A DNA stretch of 64,000 nucleotides, taken from positions 434,001 through 498,000 of the forward strand of contig JAPMXV010000034.1 of NCBI GenBank assembly GCA_026936335.1, read 5' to 3'. The notes under the pieces were generated by a model. The model was not told the DNA's origin. It ran no database searches and saw only the letters and a program-made list of their open reading frames with translations. Position numbers and translations under genes: made by a program. The stretch's first letter is position 1. Every line of letters begins with the position of its first letter. This DNA is from Mantamonas sphyraenae STR306 (lineage: Eukaryota > Protista > CRuMs). This document shows, one piece after another, positions 10,601 to 17,400 of the stretch.

Positions 10601-12586
10601 TTTGCCTACTCCATGCTCATCTCTGCTGAGCTCATTCCGGCCGCAGAGCGCCTCATTGGCATCCCGTCCCCCTTTACACGCATCAGCATAGCCCACGCAG
10701 TGATGGACATCATCAGCGCAACCCGAGCTGCATCCAAGGTCACCCTGCACACCTCCACCAAACCAGACGGCACCATCATCGTGTACACAGAGCCCAGTTT
10801 TGAACCTCCCGCACGCCATCGTGACACCCTCCTCTCCATTGCCAACCAGGTCCTGCAGATTGTCCCTCGCGAGCACCGTGCCCGTGTCGCACTCACCGGC
10901 CCCGTGGTCGCCATCTCCTACGGTTCCTGCGACGTATCCACCAATCCCATGGACGTGTACAACTTTGAAGCGCTCAACGTGTCCGGCGAGGCCATCGACA
11001 CCCTCCTGGACGGCTGGTATCTGCGCCCCGAGTGGATGCAGACCATCGACTCGGGCGCCCTCCTCCTTTGTTCCGAGTGGCTCATCGACGAGGCCGCACG
11101 ACTCGGCCAGTACCTCGTGGAGCAACGCCAATCCTTTGCGGATCCCCCCGAAGATGGCCACTTTTCCATGAGCAACATCCAGTACTGGCGCACTCGCGTC
11201 GACAAGCGCCGCCAGACGCAAGATGCGCATCAGGAAGTGCTCCAGCAAGTGTCCCAACGTCTTCCCCTGCTCAATTGGGGATTGCTGCGTCGCATGGTCA
11301 CCAGCTGGGTGTTTGCTACCCCAGACTTCCAAGGCGCCCTCCGCACAGCAGAGGTGCGCACCATCACCATGCACAAGGCCATCATGCGTTGGACGCGCCC
11401 GGCCACATCTGCCTCCATGTTCTGCCTCGCCTTGTATCTCCTGGGTGCCCAGCTGTTTACTGGCAGCGCCCTTCCCTCAAACACCGTCGCCTGGATCAAC
11501 GTTGCCGCCGCAGGTGTGGCCCTTCTCAGTGCCATCATTTGCAGCGTGTTCACAAGCCATCTCACCTGGCACGTCTACATTGGCTTGCAGGCCCTTGTCG
11601 GCGTGGCGTGCATTCTTGTCCCTGCCGTCGCCTCCGGGCCTTCCATCACGACCATCATGCTCTTCATCGTCGGTGTCAGCACGTGTGCACACGTGTCGCA
11701 ATTCTTTGCCCTGACCTGGCTTATAGCCGACCTCGTGTGGTTGGGCGTGGAATCCTACTCGCACCTGCAAGACCTCACCAACCTTTATATTCTCGTTGGC
11801 GACATCGTGTCGGCGTTGGTCATCACCGTGGTGGCTGTGTGGTGTAACGGTCTGCGACTCGCCTCACTTCTGGAGCGCATATGCTTCTTGGGAGACGACG
11901 AGGAGGAGGACGACGAGCAAGAGCACAACGACGCCGGCACAGACTCCAGTGTCACGCAAACCACCTCTCACAATCCACCCAAGCTTCGTGTGCGCCTGAG
12001 TAGCGGCCCAAACACCGCCCAAGAGTCCTTCCGTACCTTTGTTGGACGCCGGCTCGGCACCTCGTACCGCAATGTTCTCTTTGCCATCCTTGTGTTGAGC
12101 ATGCTTGTGCTCGTGCGCCAACTGGAGTACATTACCAAGCGGCCCGAAGCGTCCCAGGAAGTCATGCAGCAAGTCGTGGCGCTCACCATCTTTACAGTTC
12201 TGCCCGCCACATCCTTTGCCTACGTGGCCACCTACCTGCCCCAGCTCCACGACAGCATCTCCAAGTTTGGTGACGCCGTCCTGTGTGCTCTGTTGCTCTG
12301 TGTCAGCGGCGTGTCCTGGATCATCAACGACCCCACCATCCAGGGCCTCAGTGGGGGCAACGAGCTCTCCGTTTTTGTCCTCCTCCTGCTGGGCTTTGGC
12401 ATGCACGGCGGCTCCGAAGTCCTGGTTTTGGGCGTGCTCAGCCTTGCCGTCACCGCTCTCTCGGCAATCTTTACTCTCTCCGGCTGGCTGCCCGTCGTCG
12501 AATGCGTTGCCAGTTTTGTTGTGGGCGGCTTGATCTCCAGGGAGATTGTCCGTCTGCGCAAGGTCTCGTTTCAGCGCAAGCCTTGA
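7628..12586 (+). CDS. Polytopic membrane protein with adenylyl/guanylyl-cyclase-like layout, degenerate cyclase domains (1652 aa)
   Basis: TM block - cytosolic domain - TM block - cytosolic domain - further TM blocks; pre-TM motifs TLDLVFIDKDLGETY and SLRYTDPRLESDF; QYGDRVLIAA resembles class III KxIGDxY. Confidence 0.6.
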   Translation: MSGLLATVDTTLRRILLSEEHMDKMTLDLVFIDKDLGETYSQYAYEHHKTAYRRFITLGVILYALFGITDIGTYTGQQFTDLLLARGTFCLVIGPAYLAFIYSPLLKPYYRHVQMTIMFTCIFCTQVIVIIRRTEYFVGTSFWLVAWIFQALSRLEVRDMALIYTATFLSTRALVLIVGLFYRYDTFTWDIFISVSAQDAINYGSGAVTAFFILVAERRDFLTITAAYERLLGANTERVQHLEQCCGYDVAAIFQSHAADPAPFPMPVLALSLQPETASLDHISATDNACTGTENPVATALSELCAENDIQVWRQYGDRVLIAAPVSSFLDYLDHQDDISEPFYNTAAQLIIQLALNLHSIVGPRNDVQVTLNINVADLAHVRCGVQEYMGGRISGPAVHNAIHNVLSDHDSFPIRVLARDQLAANSILSVFTQYASYHTIDPALSTNPSSSVLLALEPSSGAILSRRNSVTPSRRGSITPSRRGSQSSVHTPTALPGRPDSPSNFLRRVSDHRKSTDIMRISADSVQSPFTPHHDTGNPISLPRRVSSSSNNHSPAHSPERTGHRDKHSPAGPASLLLDEPHSPLTPTGIPSTARRFSVALGSADHDVTSTPANAFSAVDRLASMSRDTDKRKRRHKNNSAKYKVSLDLKQRLSSVARFDQDDLDSLDDDSLCGPWWVWYTSDLQPMHTGYAELLNKIAKQLPRRRTSLRYTDPRLESDFNQDLANNSFRVLQIAITVYMLLQVFLVLYDVTIHPELTDQMAFFRVTVFTLTTAGLLAFMRSTYFPTRMQSTLLISFLIFGAAQITLSLLVPEKEMENYQVMSERFVMHLSNFSYLHLHNIRLVDGILLIYVAGIMYVRGYTTLLLRVFELALLMVLFLEGGRIIEESRRRQFTVHQLTRLTASEQEFLRKEHSLSSLRNGSRNRPRSDSALSSRALSHSGSSAALSFSALSGPEYDVVRLVGSEAGSAFTPVPPSSDLQNDDDTQGIQRFAYSMLISAELIPAAERLIGIPSPFTRISIAHAVMDIISATRAASKVTLHTSTKPDGTIIVYTEPSFEPPARHRDTLLSIANQVLQIVPREHRARVALTGPVVAISYGSCDVSTNPMDVYNFEALNVSGEAIDTLLDGWYLRPEWMQTIDSGALLLCSEWLIDEAARLGQYLVEQRQSFADPPEDGHFSMSNIQYWRTRVDKRRQTQDAHQEVLQQVSQRLPLLNWGLLRRMVTSWVFATPDFQGALRTAEVRTITMHKAIMRWTRPATSASMFCLALYLLGAQLFTGSALPSNTVAWINVAAAGVALLSAIICSVFTSHLTWHVYIGLQALVGVACILVPAVASGPSITTIMLFIVGVSTCAHVSQFFALTWLIADLVWLGVESYSHLQDLTNLYILVGDIVSALVITVVAVWCNGLRLASLLERICFLGDDEEEDDEQEHNDAGTDSSVTQTTSHNPPKLRVRLSSGPNTAQESFRTFVGRRLGTSYRNVLFAILVLSMLVLVRQLEYITKRPEASQEVMQQVVALTIFTVLPATSFAYVATYLPQLHDSISKFGDAVLCALLLCVSGVSWIINDPTIQGLSGGNELSVFVLLLLGFGMHGGSEVLVLGVLSLAVTALSAIFTLSGWLPVVECVASFVVGGLISREIVRLRKVSFQRKP

Positions 12587-12727
12587 GGACGGGCGATTTC
12601 ACGGGGGAGGAGTGGGAAGGAATGATCCGTCAACCCTCTCTCCCTCTCTCGATGTCAACAGTGAATGTGGGCAGGGCGAACAGAACGACCGACAACCCAA
12701 CAAAATCCCGTTTCCCAGCAACCGATC

Positions 12728-13861
12728 ATGGACTCGCGCATGGAGATGCGAGATCTCCTGTACTGGGAAAAGCAGGATGCCGCGTTGTGTCTGGTGCATT
12801 CCATCAATGCGTGCGTGCAGGGCCAGTATGTCACCGAAGTGGACCTGGCCGAGATTGCTCGAGAGCTGGACGTCAAGGAACGCGAAGCAATGGCAGAGGC
12901 CGGCATCGATTCGCGCGAGTATTTGGAGTTTGTGGCTGTAGGTGATGGTGTTGGCGCGGGGAGGCCGGGGGGGGGGAGGTGGTTGTTTGGCTGCTGACAC
13001 ACAAGCGGGTTTCGGGATTCGCAAACGCCTCACAGAACGATAGCTCCAACGTGGACATGTCGGGAAACTACAGCTCGCAGGTGATGAGCGAGGCGTTCAA
13101 GAACATGGGCTTTGAGTGTGACTACTACCATCTCAACGGAGATCCTCTGTACGTCCGCGTGTGCTGTGAGGAGCTGCAGCCGTTTGCGAGAACGAATTCC
13201 GACCGCTGCGGCGGCATCTGCGACACACGCGCTCGCTTGCATGCTCACACCGCTGGGGTTTCATTCACACAGCAAGGAGACGGCGTTCATTTGCAACCTG
13301 AGCGACCACTGGTTCGCCATCCGGCGAGTGGGCAAAATCTGGTGGAATCTCAACTCGTTGAACGACGCGCCAGAAGTCATCTCCAAGACGTACCTGAAAA
13401 TGTTGCTCATGCAGCTGGAGAGTGAGGGCTACTCCATCTTTGTGGTGCGTGGCGAGTTTCCAGAGTGTGTGGCAGAGCAGGGGGCGCCGCCGCAGTTGTC
13501 GTACCTACAAAGCAGCGGCTCGTCTGGCGAGACCGGCTCTGAGGACTCAATGCTGCAGGAGGCGTTGCGCCAGTCTCTGCTCGACGGCACAGGCGGTACG
13601 CAACAGCAGCAGCAGCAGCAGCAGAACCAAGAAGACGGCATGGACACCGACGACGAAGAGGCCCAACTCCAGGCTGCCCTGGCCCTCAGCATGCAGGGTT
13701 CGTCCACCCACACCAGCAATAGTGGAACACAGCAGACGTGTGAGCCCAAGCCCATCTCCGAGCCCGAACTCACCGAAGAAGAGAAGCGGCAGGAGATGCG
13801 CGAGCGAATGGCTGCCGCGGCAGAACGGCGCTGGGCCAGCCAGGACCAGGAAAATGAATGA
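12728..13861 (+). CDS. ATXN3: Ataxin-3 (Josephin deubiquitinase with two UIMs); two introns
   Basis: YWEKQDAALCLVHSINA (catalytic C), AFICNLSDHWFAIRR (H), WNLNSL (N); UIMs EDSMLQEALRQSL and EEAQLQAALALSM. Confidence 0.93.
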
Positions 13862-14400
13862 GATCTCAGTGTGATTGCCTCGTTTCAAGTTCTTTCGTCC
13901 GTTCCCATCTCCCCCCTCCCCCTCCTCCCCCAATTCCTTACAGGCGTTTTCAGTTGAGCGCGCTTTTGCAGGTACACGCACAGGGGCAATAAAGTATTGA
14001 AACAGCCACATGTCCTTGTCATGTCGGTGCTCCATGGTGTGCTTGCTCAATCGATAGTCCCTCAGCAGGGATTGCAGCGGTTGAAACCCGCTGCAACCCC
14101 TCCTGGAAATGAACTCAGTGTCGTACGAATCGTCCATGTCATCTACGTACGTCTCTACCGTGCACACTCGCGCCTGGGTTCGTACCCATTGCATGGAAAA
14201 GACAATACCAGCGTGGAGACTGGGATCCCCTGGTAGTGCGTCCCCATCACCTGAACCTGCGGCTACCCGTTGATTCCAATGCACTTGGCCGCACACCCCT
14301 CTATTCACCTGCTGCACCGGCGTTATATTAGCTCGCCGTCTGATTGAGCAGCGGGTTTGCAGCCCGAGCAGAACCAACGTAGCGACACTCTGTGCCAGGT

Positions 14401-17400
14401 ATGGTCCTCACGCGTGGAGACCACCGTCGCGACGCGTCCAAAAAGTACAATTGCAACCTTTCGGATGTTGAGATGGACGCTGCCTGGATACACGACGAGT
14501 ACAGGGCAAACGGAAAATCACCGCCGAGATTGCAAATTCACCCGTCCGCCTTCCACTTCCTGTGCCATACAACAGGCAAATCGCATCGCTGTCGGGTTCC
14601 CATTGCATCGGAGGAGCATTTCCGTGTGGTTCTGAGGCTGATGCGGTATGCAATTAGCACCTTGACCAGGTATAGGGTGGACACAGAGGGCGCGCTGCAG
14701 TTCCAGCTGGTTTGTGCGCTTCTGTCGCTGGTGGCTGGTGTCGGGGTGTATGATGTCCCCCAGAAGACTCTGCACATGTTCAAGCGACACTCTACCATCA
14801 TCACCACCACCCCAATCATCATGGAAGCGGCCTACAGTGCGTCCGACGTCGCGCAGAACACGGGGAATGCAACGTCTGCTTTGAAACGCGCAGTTTGTGA
14901 CGCAGCACAGAGCGGAGCCCTGTGTCGCGACTGCGGTTGGGTTACTGAAACCGGCCTCTACACGGGTGACCAGTTGACGGCTCTGGCCGAGACGCTCTCG
15001 GCTGAAACGGAGCGCAAGTTCGAGATTGAAACATGCGTTTCTCCAAGGCACCCTATACCGGGCAGCCACGTCTCTTCCTGTTTCAACATGACCCAACGCA
15101 CGGATCCCAACACGCGTCCCGTCGTCCACATGGCGGACAGTCTGAGCACACGCGAAATACGCGACGGGTTCGGCGGGAAGAAGCGCAATCCAGCTTGTGC
15201 AAATCAGCCTCAGGTGTCAGCGGGCGAAACGCACCATTGCACGCAATTGTTTGTGTTGCACGTGGAAGACATGATCGTACGCCACATGGCAGCTGCATCT
15301 GCTCCCGCGAAACCCAGCTCCCCCCTGGACAGGGCACCTGCAGGTTCGTCAACGCCACTCTGCACCTCAAGCACATCCAGCTCCTCCTCCTCCTCCTCTT
15401 CTTCTTCTTCTTCCTCCTCCTCCTCTTCTTCTTCTTCCTCCTCCTCCTCCTCTTCTTCTTCTTCCTCCTCCTCCTCCTCATCGTCATCAGTGCTAGACAA
15501 GGCCGTGGATTCCTTTTGCGACGAGCTGGATGAGTTGCGAGGTCGATTCAACATGGCTCCGGACACGGTCACACTCTATCTCCAGAGAAACACCGTGGCT
15601 TCGGTGGACACGACTCTGGCCCAGTTCAACAGGAGGGAACTGGTTTTGGAAGCCGAACTTGCGCACAAGTTTGACATCTCGGTGTCTCACGTCCACACTG
15701 CAGTCAAGCAGAGGTGCGAGCAGAGAGGCGTGAAGGTTGTTGAGCATACTGCCGCAACGTCAAGGTGCCTCCGGGATGCTTGTGACGGTGAAACCTTGCT
15801 TTGGTGCCCAACCAACGATGGTAGTGTGCTTCGGGCCGGTATTTGGGTCAACGCACAAGGCGATGCCATCAGACTGATCCAAGACGACCATGCCGAAAGG
15901 CTTGTCTGCGCAATCCTCTGTGGCTCGACGACTCTGGATGTGTCGATGTCGCTGGTGGGCGAGACGCACAAGGCGGTGGACATGGTGCGAGCTGGCGGTC
16001 TGCTGAATCTCAAAACTGTGACCAAAACCGCAGGATTGAGCAGGTTGCGCAAGCCAGAGAGAGACCAGCTGCACGCTGAAACCGTCCGAGCCATGTGCTC
16101 CGTGCTTAGTTCGGCTGCCCTGGACCGTGTCAACGAGCGTCTGACCGAACATCTCACCCACACGACACTGGCTTCGTGCTCCCGGAACGGCCAGGGCGAG
16201 GACGAGGTGTCCATCCAGGGCACAGAGTGTCTCCTGGAAGCGATGCGTGCCATGCCACCGAGGGCAGCTGGAGTCATGGCCGATCTGCTTCGCCGATTCC
16301 CGCATGGAACACGCGTGCGGGATGTGATTGCTCTGGTGCAGGAAGCAGTGGAAGCACAGCCGACAGAGCGACCATCTGTCGGTGTCAGCCGTACCTGCGT
16401 TTTTGTGCGCCGCAGGATGGTTCATGGGCGGACCCTCCATCTGTTCCTCGAGCAGGACTCCATCGAGTGCGGGTCACTTTTGCAAGCAATGGGTGTCCAA
16501 CACGTGTTGGACGCGCTGAATGGTGCTCAGCTGGAGGAGTGGGCATGCGTCATCCGCCGTTTGGTGCAAGCAGAACAGGACCTGGTGGCAAGCGCCAAGG
16601 CAGAGGCCGATGCCACGGAGTACGTGGAACAAGATACCTGGAACGAGTTTTTGGCAGCACTGGACAAATTCGAGGAATCAAATGCACTGACGCAAAGGTT
16701 CAGCCAGTCGACGACCAAACTCGACTCGGCCACGATCGAGCAGCTGCGTGCGTCTGCCCCGAAGGCCAGCAAGGTGCTCTCGTTGCCCACAGGAGTGAAG
16801 CTGATGCGCATTGTTCCGCACAAGCCCAAGAAGCCAAAGGCAGAACGGCCGCTGCTGAGCGAGTCGTGGCCGGGTTTCTTGAGCGACAAGCTTGGACTCA
16901 TTGTCAAGGGTGTCGCAAACGCGACTGTGACACACACAGACGTCCTCACAAGCAAGACTGTCAAGTTTACGCGAAGCAAAGGCCAGGTGCGGCAGGTGGA
17001 GCACGGCAGCGAGCCGCTGGCAGGCATGGCGGCCGAGGTGCAAGATGCGGATCGACGCGGGTACGAAAAGCAGCGGCACGAGCTGCTTCTCCACTTGGAC
17101 GGCATTCTTCCAAACTCCTCAAGCAAGGAAGAAGATGTGACGGAAGAGGGGGAGGGGAAGGAGAAGGAGACGAGTGAGGGGAAGGGGAAGGGGAAGGCGG
17201 CGGTGGAAGCGATGGACACCCAGTGCGAACTGCCTGCCGTGCTGGCGAAGGACGAGCAGTTGGAGGCCGTGCAAACGCTGGAGGAGATGGAAGAAGACGA
17301 TCAACAGCGCCGGATCGAGGACATCGAGCGCATTGACACGCGGCTCAACTCGGTGCAGGGATGTGCCAGCTTTGAACAGCTCGTCGATGCCCTGCTACAG

